Both the position numbers and the translations under genes were made by a program. A stretch of 64,000 nucleotides of DNA, from positions 17,004-81,003 of the forward strand of contig JAFRKV010000028.1 of the NCBI GenBank assembly GCA_017431515.1, written 5' to 3'. Within the stretch, counting starts at the first letter, position 1. Every line of letters starts with the position of its first letter. Below are positions 51,497 through 61,118 of this stretch, in pieces. Source of the stretch: Lachnospiraceae bacterium (GTDB taxonomy: Bacteria > Bacillota > Clostridia > Lachnospirales > Lachnospiraceae). A model generated the notes under the pieces. That model was not told where the DNA came from, made no database searches, and saw only the letters and a program-made list of their open reading frames with translations.

Positions 51497-53002
51497 TCAT
51501 TCTTGCTCAGGGCGTGCAACCGTCTGGGATTTGGTATCCAGATCCAGATAAAACTCCACGCCGTCCGTCCGGTTTTGCACGCCACAGGACTGGTGCATCC
51601 GGTCCATGATGGCTTTCACAATGGACAGTCCGATGCCGCTGCCACCGTATTCTCTGGTTCTGGCCTTGTCGACCTTATAGAATTTGATCCAAATCTTGTC
51701 CAGCGACTCCTCCGGGATCGGATCTCCGGTATTGAAGACAAAAATACGTACCGAACTCTCCTGCTGCTCCGTCCGGATGCGGATCTGCTTGGCGTATTTA
51801 CAGTGGTGGATGGCGTTGCTGACATAATTGGTCAGCACCTCTTCCGTCAGAAACTCATCCGCCCAGACCATGATGCTCTCTGTGTCCTCAAAGGCAGCAT
51901 CAATCCCCTCCTGCTTAAACCGCAGGGAGTTGGCAGCAAGCACGCCGCGGATCAGGGAGGTCACGTCAAACCGGTCCATGGAGACCTTTTCCCCACCGGT
52001 TTCCAGTTGATTCAGCGTCAACAATTTCCCCACCATGCGGCTCATTTTCTCCGCCTCATCCGCAATCACTTCACAATAAAAGGCCTGACTTTCCGGATCC
52101 CCGGTCACACCCTCGGACAAGCCCTCCGCATAGCCCCGGATCAGCGCCAGAGGGGTCTTTAACTCATGGGAAACATTAGAGAGAAATTCCTTTCGCTCCA
52201 GATCGATCTCCGTTTTCCGCTCATTGTCCAGCCGCAGCTCGTTGTTGGCGCTCTTCAGCTCGGAGATGGTCTCCTCCAGATTCTCCGAGAGCCGGTTCAT
52301 GTTTTCTCCCAGCTCATCCACCTCCTGATAGGAGGAGCCGGTGTATTTGGCGTCAAAATCCAGCTCCGCCATCCGGTTCGAGATCTCGGTCAGTTGAATA
52401 ATGGGTTTGGTGATGCGCCGCGTGATGAGATACATAATCAAGATCCCGAAGGCCGCCGCCAGGATTCCCGTCATAAGCAGGAACTGATTGGAAAGATTTG
52501 CGGTGTCGCTGATACTGGAAAGGGCGCTGCGAAGCATCAGGAAATTGCCGTTATAAAGCGTCCCCCAAAGCACCAGGTATTCGCTTTGCAGTCTGGTATC
52601 CGTCTGATGCCGCAGAACGTAGTTCTCCGTCCGCGCGATGGTCTCGTCCTTGCCGCCCTCCTGAAGCAGGATCAGCGTCATAAACTGATCCCGGAGTTCG
52701 TCATAATTACTGGCAGTGGCAAACACCACGGAGCCGTCGGAAGTGAACAGGATCACATCTATGTTTTCCCGGTCCGCGATGGTCTCCAGCTGGACAGAAA
52801 AATTCTCCGTCCCGATGGTGCCGCGGTGGCTGGCCAGATCGATGATCTGATAGGTCTCCTGCAGCGCCGCGCATTTGGAGTGCTCATAGTAATCGGCCAG
52901 AAAAAACGTATTCATCAAAACCGTCAGCAGGATCGTCCCGGCCAGCAGCAGCGCCATGGCCACCACGATCCGCGCGGTAATGGATCGGAAGTAATGTTTC
53001 AT
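51497..53002 (-). CDS. Sensor histidine kinase (TM-ectodomain-TM-HAMP-HisKA-HATPase)
   Basis: H-box FLSNVSHELKTPLA. N/G boxes NAIHH and GGSGIGLSIV. Confidence 0.88.
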   Translation of the reverse strand: MKHYFRSITARIVVAMALLLAGTILLTVLMNTFFLADYYEHSKCAALQETYQIIDLASHRGTIGTENFSVQLETIADRENIDVILFTSDGSVVFATASNYDELRDQFMTLILLQEGGKDETIARTENYVLRHQTDTRLQSEYLVLWGTLYNGNFLMLRSALSSISDTANLSNQFLLMTGILAAAFGILIMYLITRRITKPIIQLTEISNRMAELDFDAKYTGSSYQEVDELGENMNRLSENLEETISELKSANNELRLDNERKTEIDLERKEFLSNVSHELKTPLALIRGYAEGLSEGVTGDPESQAFYCEVIADEAEKMSRMVGKLLTLNQLETGGEKVSMDRFDVTSLIRGVLAANSLRFKQEGIDAAFEDTESIMVWADEFLTEEVLTNYVSNAIHHCKYAKQIRIRTEQQESSVRIFVFNTGDPIPEESLDKIWIKFYKVDKARTREYGGSGIGLSIVKAIMDRMHQSCGVQNRTDGVEFYLDLDTKSQTVARPEQE

Positions 53003-53005
53003 CCC

Positions 53006-55468
53006 TCACCCCAGTAAATAGAACACCTTCGCCAGCGGCTCCTTCAGGCTCCGGTACTGTTCCAGAAACGCGTCGTGATACGTGTCAATCAATGCAAGGT
53101 TTTGATCCTTTGCGGCGAATTCCAGCGATTGTGCCGTTTCCCCCAGCTCTGTGACGCCCAGAAGCCGCAGGGTGCTTTTCATGGAATGCACGAGGACGGT
53201 GTAATTCTCCCAGTCCTGTGCGCTCCGGAACTGGTCCAGTTTCCCCGCCGTTTCTCCCAGATCGTCATAAAACGACTGCAGCAGCGTCACATAGACCTCC
53301 GGATCGTCACTGTTTTGCACGCCGGCCTCCACGTCCACACCATAGGAATCCAATACATATAGTTCTTCCGGGATCGTATATCCGTCTTCCTCCATACTGT
53401 CCGGTTCCCCCTTCTCTTGAATCTCCTCCGCCGGTTCTGCTTCGGCGGGCTTCTCCGCCGTTTCCGGCACAAGGGTGATGCGCCTCTCCTCTGCGGGCTT
53501 TTCTTCTGCGGGCGTCGCGCTCTTCTGTTGCGTCCTGGTGATCTTCTCCTGGGGCAGATAAAACAGCAACAGCCGTTCCAGTTCCCTGGAGTTGATGGGC
53601 TTCGGCAGATAGTCTTCAAATCCAGCTTCCAGATACTGCTCTCTTGCACCGGAGATGGCGTTTGCCGTCAGACAGATCGCCGTGGTATGCTGATTCGGAC
53701 TGTTTTCCAGACTCCGCAATTCCTTCAGGGTCTCGATCCCGTCCTTTTGCGGCATCATATGGTCGAGTAAGATCACGTCATACGCATTCTGCTGCATAAG
53801 GAAAAGCCCTTCGTCTCCGCCGGATGCCGTGTCCACCTGGATTTTGGTCTGCTTCAGCAGGCTCTTGACCACGATCAGATTCATCTGGTTGTCGTCCACC
53901 AGCAGAATCCGTCCCGTGGGTGCCGTAAAGCCGGCCCGGTACCGTTCATGCTCCCGCAGACGCTCCTGCGCCGCATACTCGTAATCTCCCATGGGTGCCC
54001 AGTTTGTCACGGACTGCTTCAAGACAAAGGAAAAAGTCGATCCCTCGCCGTATACCGACTCCACCTGCAGGGAAGACCCCATCAAAGTCAGCAGGCGTTT
54101 CGTAATGGTAAGCCCCAGACCCGTCCCTTCGATATGACGGTTCCGTTTCTCCTCAATCCGTTCAAATTCCACAAAGAGCTTCGTAAGGTCCTCTTTCTTG
54201 ATTCCGATGCCGGTGTCTTTGACAGACACGTGCAAAAGCACGCTGTCCGGCTCCTTCAGAAGTTTTTCCTGTTTCACGGAGAAAGTGATGCTCCCCTGCT
54301 CCGTATATTTCACGGCATTGATCAGTATATTGGAGATCACCTGCTTGATGCGCACCTCATCCCCGAACAGATGCCGCGGCATCTCGCTGTCAAACTCCGT
54401 CTGCAAAGACAGCCCCTTTTCCTCCGCCCGGGCATGCGCCATATTCACAAGGTCAGAAAGCATCCCTGCCAGATCATAGTGTTCCGGACAGATCTCCACT
54501 TTCCCTGCTTCGATCTTGGAAAAATCAAGGATGTCATTCACCAGTCCCAGCAAGGTGGCGCCGGCGCTGCCGATATTTTTGGAATAGGAAAGGATATCCG
54601 GATCCTCCGCTTCTCTCAGGATCATCTCGTTCATGCCGAGGATCCCGTTGATGGGTGTCCGGATCTCATGGGACATATTCGCAAGAAAATCCGATTTGAA
54701 GCGGCTGGCTTCATCAGCCTGTCTCCGCGCTTCCTCCAGTTCCTTCATGGAGTGCAGCAGATTCTGATAATCCGGCGTCTCCACCCCGATGTAAAAGATG
54801 AAAAGCCCCAGCACCGCGCCAAAATAATTGAAGAGAATCCCGCTGCCCACACCAAAAGTATTCTGCAGCTCCAGGAGGATACTCCCGATGACAATCGCAA
54901 ATGCAGACACGGATGTAATACGGGCCCGCTTATCCAGCGCCTTTCTGCAAACAATAAACAGTACAGTGACGTACACCAGGAAATAAAGTTCATAGACGTA
55001 TCCCAAAAGGATCCTGATCCAGATGGGCACTGTGGAAATGATCTCATCCCCGCGATACCGTACCATCTGACTGACAAAAAAGATCCCCGCGATGAGGATG
55101 GCAGAGGTCACCAGCACAAGATGAAATCTGTGGAAAAACTGCTTCCAGCGGAATTCCCCGAAAAAGCCCTCCATATAATGGGCCATGTAATAGGTCAGCA
55201 GCGCATTCGCCACATAGACCCCCAACAGCAAAAGCAGTTGAATCGGCGCCGGCGTGGCAAAGGCACCGGAATCCCGGAAAATGTTATCCAGAATGCTGAG
55301 GAGATTCCCAAACATTACAATGGCGGTAAAGGTGGAAAACCGCATATTCCTGCGCCCTTGTTCGGCGTTGCGGACGCAGACCAGTACAAACAGGACTACG
55401 CTGAAGACAAGCCCTGCCAGACTGAAAGAAATATGAAGCATTGTTTCCATGCCGATGTATCTTGCCAT
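53006..55468 (-). CDS. Hybrid sensor histidine kinase (multi-TM, HisKA, HATPase, REC, HPt)
   Basis: H-box FLANMSHEIRTPING. HATPase motif GTGLGLTI. REC domain ILLVDDNQMN...DHMMPQKDG. C-terminal HPt-like LVHSMKSTLRLLG. Confidence 0.88.
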   Translation of the reverse strand: MARYIGMETMLHISFSLAGLVFSVVLFVLVCVRNAEQGRRNMRFSTFTAIVMFGNLLSILDNIFRDSGAFATPAPIQLLLLLGVYVANALLTYYMAHYMEGFFGEFRWKQFFHRFHLVLVTSAILIAGIFFVSQMVRYRGDEIISTVPIWIRILLGYVYELYFLVYVTVLFIVCRKALDKRARITSVSAFAIVIGSILLELQNTFGVGSGILFNYFGAVLGLFIFYIGVETPDYQNLLHSMKELEEARRQADEASRFKSDFLANMSHEIRTPINGILGMNEMILREAEDPDILSYSKNIGSAGATLLGLVNDILDFSKIEAGKVEICPEHYDLAGMLSDLVNMAHARAEEKGLSLQTEFDSEMPRHLFGDEVRIKQVISNILINAVKYTEQGSITFSVKQEKLLKEPDSVLLHVSVKDTGIGIKKEDLTKLFVEFERIEEKRNRHIEGTGLGLTITKRLLTLMGSSLQVESVYGEGSTFSFVLKQSVTNWAPMGDYEYAAQERLREHERYRAGFTAPTGRILLVDDNQMNLIVVKSLLKQTKIQVDTASGGDEGLFLMQQNAYDVILLDHMMPQKDGIETLKELRSLENSPNQHTTAICLTANAISGAREQYLEAGFEDYLPKPINSRELERLLLFYLPQEKITRTQQKSATPAEEKPAEERRITLVPETAEKPAEAEPAEEIQEKGEPDSMEEDGYTIPEELYVLDSYGVDVEAGVQNSDDPEVYVTLLQSFYDDLGETAGKLDQFRSAQDWENYTVLVHSMKSTLRLLGVTELGETAQSLEFAAKDQNLALIDTYHDAFLEQYRSLKEPLAKVFYLLG

Positions 55469-55490
55469 AGCTGTCTCTCCATGCGTATTC

Positions 55491-55522
55491 GGAAACGAAT
55501 GTGACCTGTCAGGAAACGAATG
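55491..55522 (-). promoter_or_regulatory. Perfect 11-bp direct repeat at 21-bp phasing (candidate response-regulator site)
   Basis: GGAAACGAATG occurs at 55491-55501 and 55512-55522, in the 78-bp spacer between the OmpR-type regulator gene and the hybrid kinase gene. Confidence 0.4.
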
Positions 55523-55546
55523 GATCTCCTGCGTTTACGGTAACTG

Positions 55547-56224
55547 TCAGACCTCGAACTTATACCCCATTCCCCAAATGGTCTTGATATAATCCCCCTG
55601 GGGTCCAAGCTTGCTCCGAAGCTTCTTGACATGAGTGTCAATGGTTCTGGCGTCCCCGAAATAATCATAATTCCAGACGCTGGTCAGAATCTTTTCCCTG
55701 GACAGCGCGATGCCGTTATTCTCCATAAAATACGCCAGAAGTTCAAACTCTTTATAGCTGAGGTCAATGCTTCTCCCGTCGATGGTGACCTGATGGGCGA
55801 GGCGGTCTAAGGTGATGTCCCCGGCGGTCAACACCTTATCCTCCTCCCCTTCCGGCGAAGTGCGCCGCAGGATGGCTTCCACCCGCGCCACGAGGATCTT
55901 GGGGCTGAAGGGTTTTGCGATATACTCATCCACCCCGAGGTCAAAACCCTGCAGCTCGTCCGACTCGTCTCCCTTTGCCGTCACCATGATCACCGGGATC
56001 TTTGAGGTTTCCCGGATCTCCTTTAAGACTTCAAAGCCGTTCAGCTTCGGCATCATCACATCCAGAATGATGAGCGACAGATCCTTTTCCCGGTAAAACA
56101 CCTCCAGTGCCTCTTCCCCGTCTCCGGCCTCCAGCACCGTAAAACTCTTGCGCACCAGAAAGTCCCGCAGGAGTTTGCGCATCCAGCTCTCATCATCCAC
56201 GATCAGAATTTTCGTTCTCTCCAT
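55547..56224 (-). CDS. OmpR/PhoB family response regulator
   Basis: REC domain KILIVDDE...DVMMPKLNG...K. Winged-helix tail IKTIWGMGYKF. The start is taken at ATG 56224. Confidence 0.92.
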   Translation of the reverse strand: MERTKILIVDDESWMRKLLRDFLVRKSFTVLEAGDGEEALEVFYREKDLSLIILDVMMPKLNGFEVLKEIRETSKIPVIMVTAKGDESDELQGFDLGVDEYIAKPFSPKILVARVEAILRRTSPEGEEDKVLTAGDITLDRLAHQVTIDGRSIDLSYKEFELLAYFMENNGIALSREKILTSVWNYDYFGDARTIDTHVKKLRSKLGPQGDYIKTIWGMGYKFEV

Positions 56225-56831
56225 AAACGGCACGCTCCCTTTCGTTCAGTTGCATCTCCCGTTCTTCCAGTTCTTTTTCCCAGTCCTCGTATTTGTTGAT
56301 CAGCTGATTCTCATAGTTTAGGATGGTAACATTGTCCTTGCTGACTAAATTGATGACAAACATCGCCACCACCATGGCCAGCAGCAGAAAATCAAAGAAC
56401 AGCGCCAGCGCAAATCTGGCTTTGAAATCCGTATTCTTGGCCTGGATCTTCTTTTCCCGGAGTTTCCGCTCATCCTCATACTGCCGGACGGCCTGCTTCT
56501 TTTTCTCCTGCACCGTCTTTTTCCGGGACTTCTCAAAGGCCTCCGTCATCCGCTCCGTGATGGTGATCCGATGGATATCCTCGTCCTTGATAAACGGGAT
56601 CGTGATCAGATAATCCTGCAGTTCCTTCAGAAAATAATACCCCACCGGCGTGGCAAACAACTGCTGGTCCACCGCCTGATTGTATACGAGAAGCACCTGC
56701 TCCGGATTGTCCCGGTCCAGCTTCGTCCGAAGATAGCGGATGCCCTCCATCTCTTTTTTGGCCTGCGCGATCTCCGCAGGATCGGAAAAGAGGAATCCGT
56801 CAATTTCCACCTGATCCGTTTGGTCTTTCAT
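56193..56831 (-). CDS. Hypothetical single-pass membrane protein
   Basis: 212 aa with a K/E-rich coiled region and one TM span (FALALFFDFLLLAMVVAMFVINLV). Its 3' end overlaps the regulator gene by 32 nt. Confidence 0.6.
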   Translation of the reverse strand: MKDQTDQVEIDGFLFSDPAEIAQAKKEMEGIRYLRTKLDRDNPEQVLLVYNQAVDQQLFATPVGYYFLKELQDYLITIPFIKDEDIHRITITERMTEAFEKSRKKTVQEKKKQAVRQYEDERKLREKKIQAKNTDFKARFALALFFDFLLLAMVVAMFVINLVSKDNVTILNYENQLINKYEDWEKELEEREMQLNERERAVYGENENSDRG

Positions 56832-56834
56832 CCT

Positions 56835-58028
56835 TTAACCCGCTGCGCATTTCCTGCGCTTTACCTTCCTTGTCAGCATCAGAGCCGAAATCACCGCCAG
56901 CCCCGTCCCGACGGCGCTGATCGCCGTCCCCGTCTCAAGCATGGCATCCACACCGAAGGTGTCGATAAGATTCCCGCCCACAAAAAAACCGATGGTATTG
57001 CCGCATGCCATGGTCATCCCCATAAAGGACTGCCCCGTAGCCAGATCCTCTTCCGCAACGGTCTCGTCCGTAAAGTAAACGCCGATGCTGGCGATCAGGG
57101 CAAAGGTCAGCACCTGGAAGACCACCTGGATCAAATAGATCTCCATCACGGTACCGGCTGCCAGATAGGCAAAGCCTCTTACCACCAGCGCTGCGCCGGA
57201 AACCACTAGCAGCCAGTAAGAGCGCATCTTTTTCACCAGCCACCCGGACAGGATCATGACCGGAATCTCCACTGCCGCCGCCAGCGCCAGGGCGATCCCC
57301 AAATCTTCATTGCCGCCGCCCACCTTCTCCATGATTCTGAGCAGATAGTTGGTGTACATATCGTGGAAGGTCAGAAACAGGGCGCAGGCAGCCACCATCA
57401 GGATGAAGGCGGGATACCGGCGGAAGAACACACCGAAGCCGGTTTTCTTTTTTTCCTCTGCAGCCGCTGCCGCTTTCGCGGGTCCCTCATAGGGCATGGT
57501 AAACACCAGCAGGATCTCTGCCGCAAAGATCAGGATCCCCGCGATCACCACCACCTTGATCCCGCAGGGTGCGATGAGCTTCCCGAGGATCACGGAAAGC
57601 ACCGCATAGGCAAGGGAGCCTAACGCCCTTGCAAAGCCGAAATTCATCGCCACGCCGCGATGCTCGTAATAAAAGCAGGCCACATTCACCATGGAAAGGA
57701 TCGCCGTCACCAGCATGGAAACCGCGCCAAACAGGATCCCCACCGCCGCCTTCGCATTGCAAAAAAGAAGCGCCACAAGACACGCCAAGGTCATAAAGTC
57801 AAGGAGTAAAAGGATCTGCTTCCAGTGAAACCTGCTGCTTTTATCCGCCAGCCGTCCTAGAAAGGGCTGGAGCAACGCCGCCGCCAGCGCAAAGGCCGCC
57901 GCGATCAGACCGCTGACGCGGGCGGAAAACCCGTATTCATCCAGATAGGAGATAAAGTATCCCCAGGCCACGCATCCGGACATCCAATAGAGGCATTGCA
58001 GGATGCGATACTTGTTTTTGACGCTCAT
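56835..58028 (-). CDS. MFS transporter
   Basis: 397 aa with about 12 TM spans and the loop motif GRLADK. Confidence 0.85.
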   Translation of the reverse strand: MSVKNKYRILQCLYWMSGCVAWGYFISYLDEYGFSARVSGLIAAAFALAAALLQPFLGRLADKSSRFHWKQILLLLDFMTLACLVALLFCNAKAAVGILFGAVSMLVTAILSMVNVACFYYEHRGVAMNFGFARALGSLAYAVLSVILGKLIAPCGIKVVVIAGILIFAAEILLVFTMPYEGPAKAAAAAEEKKKTGFGVFFRRYPAFILMVAACALFLTFHDMYTNYLLRIMEKVGGGNEDLGIALALAAAVEIPVMILSGWLVKKMRSYWLLVVSGAALVVRGFAYLAAGTVMEIYLIQVVFQVLTFALIASIGVYFTDETVAEEDLATGQSFMGMTMACGNTIGFFVGGNLIDTFGVDAMLETGTAISAVGTGLAVISALMLTRKVKRRKCAAG

Positions 58029-58052
58029 AGCCTTATCTTATCCTACAAATGC

Positions 58053-58093
58053 AAAAAAAACAATGCCCCGCCGGTTTCTTCGGCAGAGCATTG
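58053..58093 (-). terminator. Terminator after nrdG (bidirectional architecture)
   Basis: CAATGCCCCGCCG-GTTTCTT-CGGCAGAGCATTG pairs 11 of 13 positions. It is flanked by A8 on one side and T7 on the other. Confidence 0.75.
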
Positions 58094-58127
58094 GATTTTT
58101 TTGGTTTGTGACGGAAGTTCTCCCCAC

Positions 58128-58658
58128 TTACGCATCCTGCAGCGGATCCAGGACCACACTTTTTAACTCCCGGGTACGCTTCATATCGATGATCCGCTGG
58201 TTTTCGGACCCCCGGAACCGAAGCATCAGATTCCTCTTCTCCAGCACGAACCGGCCGTCCACCAGCACATCGATATTGTCCAGGATTTCATCCGTGACCT
58301 CCGTGTACTTTTCGCCTCCCGGGATCAGGTCGAATTCATAGGCAAAGCCGGTGTACATCCAGATGGTGCGGTGGGGAAATTGCTTTCGCACTTTCCGGAT
58401 GAGCTTCACCAGCTCCCTTTGATTTTCCGGTTCAAAGGGCTCTCCGCCGAGGATCGTCAGTCCTGCGTAATAGGGCTTTCCCAGCTCTTTCAGGATCCGC
58501 TCCTCCATCGCCGCATCATAGGGCACGCCGTAATGAAAATCCCAGGTCTCCGGCTGAAAGCAGCCGGGACAATGGTTCGTACAGCCGGACACAAAGATGC
58601 TGACCCGAATCCCCGGTCCGTTGGCGTCATCCGCCGTAATCATCTCCGCCAGATACAT
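58128..58658 (-). CDS. nrdG: Anaerobic ribonucleotide reductase activating protein
   Basis: Radical SAM cluster motif CTNHCPGCF. 176 aa, directly downstream of nrdD. Confidence 0.92.
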   Translation of the reverse strand: MYLAEMITADDANGPGIRVSIFVSGCTNHCPGCFQPETWDFHYGVPYDAAMEERILKELGKPYYAGLTILGGEPFEPENQRELVKLIRKVRKQFPHRTIWMYTGFAYEFDLIPGGEKYTEVTDEILDNIDVLVDGRFVLEKRNLMLRFRGSENQRIIDMKRTRELKSVVLDPLQDA

Positions 58659-60899
58659 TTATTTCACCGCAAATTCTTCCGGGCAGATGGTCTTGCTGCC
58701 GAGATGCAGCACGCGTTCCTTGATCTCCTGGGTCCGTCCCTGATTCCAGAACTGGGAGCCGATATAGCCGCAGGTGCGTCGCGCCACGTTCAGTTTGCTC
58801 TGGTCGCGGTTGCCGCAGTTGGGGCATTCCCAGACCAGCTTGCCGTCCTCGTCCTCGATGATGGAGATTTCCCCGTCATATCCGCAGCACTGGCAGTAAT
58901 CGGATTTCGTATTGAGCTCGGCGTACATGATATTTTCATAAATGTGACGGATCACCGTCATGACGGCCGGGATATTACCCTGCATATTCGGCACTTCCAC
59001 ATAGCTGATGGCCCCGCCCGGGGAAAGCTTCTGGAACTGGCTCTCAAAGGTCAGTTTGTCAAAAGCGTCGATGGGCTCGGTCACATGGACGTGGTAGCTG
59101 TTGGTGATGTAATTCTTGTCCGTCACGCCCTCCACCTTGCCGAAGCGTTGCTGCAGGCATTTCGCGAATTTGTATGTGGTGGACTCCAGCGGCGTCCCGT
59201 AAACGGAGAAGTCAATATTTTCTTTTGCCTTCCAGGTCTTGCAGGCGTCATTTAAGCGCTGCATCACTTCCAGCGCAAAAGGCGTCGCCGCCGGATCGGT
59301 ATGAGGCTTGCCGGTCATATAGTAGCAGCACTCATGGAGCCCCGCATAGCCCAAAGAAATAGTAGAATAGCCGTTAAACAGGAGCTTATCGATGGTCTCG
59401 CCCTTCTTAAGCCGGGCCAGCGCGCCGTGCTGCCAGAGGATCGGCGCCACATCGGAGACAGTCCCCTTCAGCCGGTTATGACGGATCATCAGCGCCCGGT
59501 AGCAAAGCTGAAGCCGTTCATCCAGGATCTTCCAGAAGGCTTCAAAATCGCCGCCGGAGGAAAGGGCTGCATCCACCAGATTGATGGTCACGACACCCTG
59601 GTTGAAGCGTCCGTAATATTTATGCTTGCCTTCCTCGAAATTCCCGGCATTGGCCACATTGCCTTTGACCTCGGAGCACCGGTCCACCGTCAGGAAGGAA
59701 CGGCAGCCCATGCAGGTATAGATATCGCCATCCTTCAGCTGTCTCATCACCTTTGCGGAAATGTAATCCGGCACCATGCGCTTCGCGGTGCATTTCGCCG
59801 CAAGCTCTGTCAGGTAATAATATTTGGAATCCTCATGGATATTGTCCTCATCCAGCACATAGATCAGCTTCGGGAAAGCCGGCGTGATCCACACCCCTGC
59901 TTCGTTCTTGACGCCCTGGATCCGCTGGGTCAGCACCTCTTCGATGATGATGGCCAGGTCCGCCTTCTCCTGCTCGTTCTTCGCCTCGTCCAGATACATA
60001 AAGACGGTCACAAAGGGAGACTGTCCGTTGGTGGTCATCAGGGTCACCACCTGATACTGGATGGTCTGGACACCCTTCTTGATCTCGCTGCGCACCCGCT
60101 TCTCCACGGTGAGGTTCAGCTGCTCCTCGGTCATCTCCACGCCGGTCTCAGCAAGCGTCTCCTTGATCTCCTTGCGGATCGCCTTGCGGCTCACCTCCAC
60201 GAAAGGCGCCAGATGGGTCAGGCTGATGCTCTGGCCGCCGTATTGGCTGGAAGCCACCTGCGCCACGATCTGGGTCGCCACATTGCAGGCCGTGGAAAAG
60301 CTGTGGGGCTTCTCCACCTTGGTCCCGCTGATAACCGTACCGTTCTGCAGCATGTCCTCCAGATTCACGAGATCGCAGTTATGCATATGCTGCGCGAAAT
60401 AGTCCGCATCGTGGAAATGGATGATCCCGGCTTCATGGGCCTGAACGATCTCCTCCGGCAGGAGAAACCGCTTGGTGATATCCTTGCTGACCTCGCCTGC
60501 CATATAATCCCGCTGCACGGAATTGACTGTGCTGTTCTTGTTGGAGTTTTCCTGCTTGACTTCTTCGTTATTGCATTCGATCAGGGAGAGGATCTGCTGA
60601 TCCGTGGAATTGGACTTCCGCACCAGCGCCCGGCGGTAGCGGTAGGTAATATAGGTGCGCGCCACCTTAAACGCCTTCTTGTCCATGATCTGCTCTTCCA
60701 CAAGATCCTGGATCTCTTCCACGGAAAGAGCCCGTTTGCTCTCTTTCCCCTGGTTCTCAATATAATTGCCGATGTCCCGGATCTGCTCCGCCGACAGCCG
60801 GTCCACCTCCTCCACTTCCCGGTTCGCCTTGTTGATGGCGGTCAGAATCTTGCTGATGTCAAATTCCACTTCGCTTCCGCTTCTCTTGATAATCTTCAT
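58659..60899 (-). CDS. nrdD: Anaerobic ribonucleoside-triphosphate reductase
   Basis: Has an ATP-cone (MKIIKRSGSEVEFD), the zinc site CQCCG...CPNCG and the glycyl radical motif RTCGYIG. SD GGGAG lies 7 nt upstream of ATG 60899. Confidence 0.96.
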   Translation of the reverse strand: MKIIKRSGSEVEFDISKILTAINKANREVEEVDRLSAEQIRDIGNYIENQGKESKRALSVEEIQDLVEEQIMDKKAFKVARTYITYRYRRALVRKSNSTDQQILSLIECNNEEVKQENSNKNSTVNSVQRDYMAGEVSKDITKRFLLPEEIVQAHEAGIIHFHDADYFAQHMHNCDLVNLEDMLQNGTVISGTKVEKPHSFSTACNVATQIVAQVASSQYGGQSISLTHLAPFVEVSRKAIRKEIKETLAETGVEMTEEQLNLTVEKRVRSEIKKGVQTIQYQVVTLMTTNGQSPFVTVFMYLDEAKNEQEKADLAIIIEEVLTQRIQGVKNEAGVWITPAFPKLIYVLDEDNIHEDSKYYYLTELAAKCTAKRMVPDYISAKVMRQLKDGDIYTCMGCRSFLTVDRCSEVKGNVANAGNFEEGKHKYYGRFNQGVVTINLVDAALSSGGDFEAFWKILDERLQLCYRALMIRHNRLKGTVSDVAPILWQHGALARLKKGETIDKLLFNGYSTISLGYAGLHECCYYMTGKPHTDPAATPFALEVMQRLNDACKTWKAKENIDFSVYGTPLESTTYKFAKCLQQRFGKVEGVTDKNYITNSYHVHVTEPIDAFDKLTFESQFQKLSPGGAISYVEVPNMQGNIPAVMTVIRHIYENIMYAELNTKSDYCQCCGYDGEISIIEDEDGKLVWECPNCGNRDQSKLNVARRTCGYIGSQFWNQGRTQEIKERVLHLGSKTICPEEFAVK

Positions 60900-60959
60900 C
60901 TCGTTTCTCCCTCTTATTTTCCCTGTTTCAAAGGCTCCTATCATTGGTCGCCGACTACT

Positions 60960-60987
60960 ATCATACCATATTTAGTGTTGAATGCAA
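60960..60987 (-). promoter_or_regulatory. Sigma-A promoter for nrdDG (TTGCAT-16-TGgTATGAT)
   Basis: Read on the minus strand, about 60 nt upstream of ATG 60899. Confidence 0.55.
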
Positions 60988-61010
60988 CCTCTTTATACTA
61001 AATCTTCCAT
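60963..61010 (-). promoter_or_regulatory. Candidate NrdR boxes overlapping the nrdD promoter
   Basis: The proximal box ACACTAAATATGGTAT (60978-60963) matches 13 of 16 positions of acaCwAtATaTwGtgt. A weak distal box ATGGAAGATTTAGTAT (61010-60995) lies 32 bp upstream. Confidence 0.4.
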
Positions 61011-61062
61011 TTTCGGGAAATTGCACAAAGGGAGCCGGGAGATCTACTGCACGATTCTGCGC

Positions 61063-61094
61063 AAAAAACAGCCGGAGCGTTTTCGCTCCGGCTG
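61063..61094 (-). terminator. Rho-independent terminator after the MCP gene
   Basis: An 11-bp perfect stem CAGCCGGAGCG/CGCTCCGGCTG is followed on the minus strand by TTTTTTGCG. Confidence 0.85.
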
Positions 61095-61118
61095 CCTGAT
61101 ACTTACAGGAAAGGGGTT

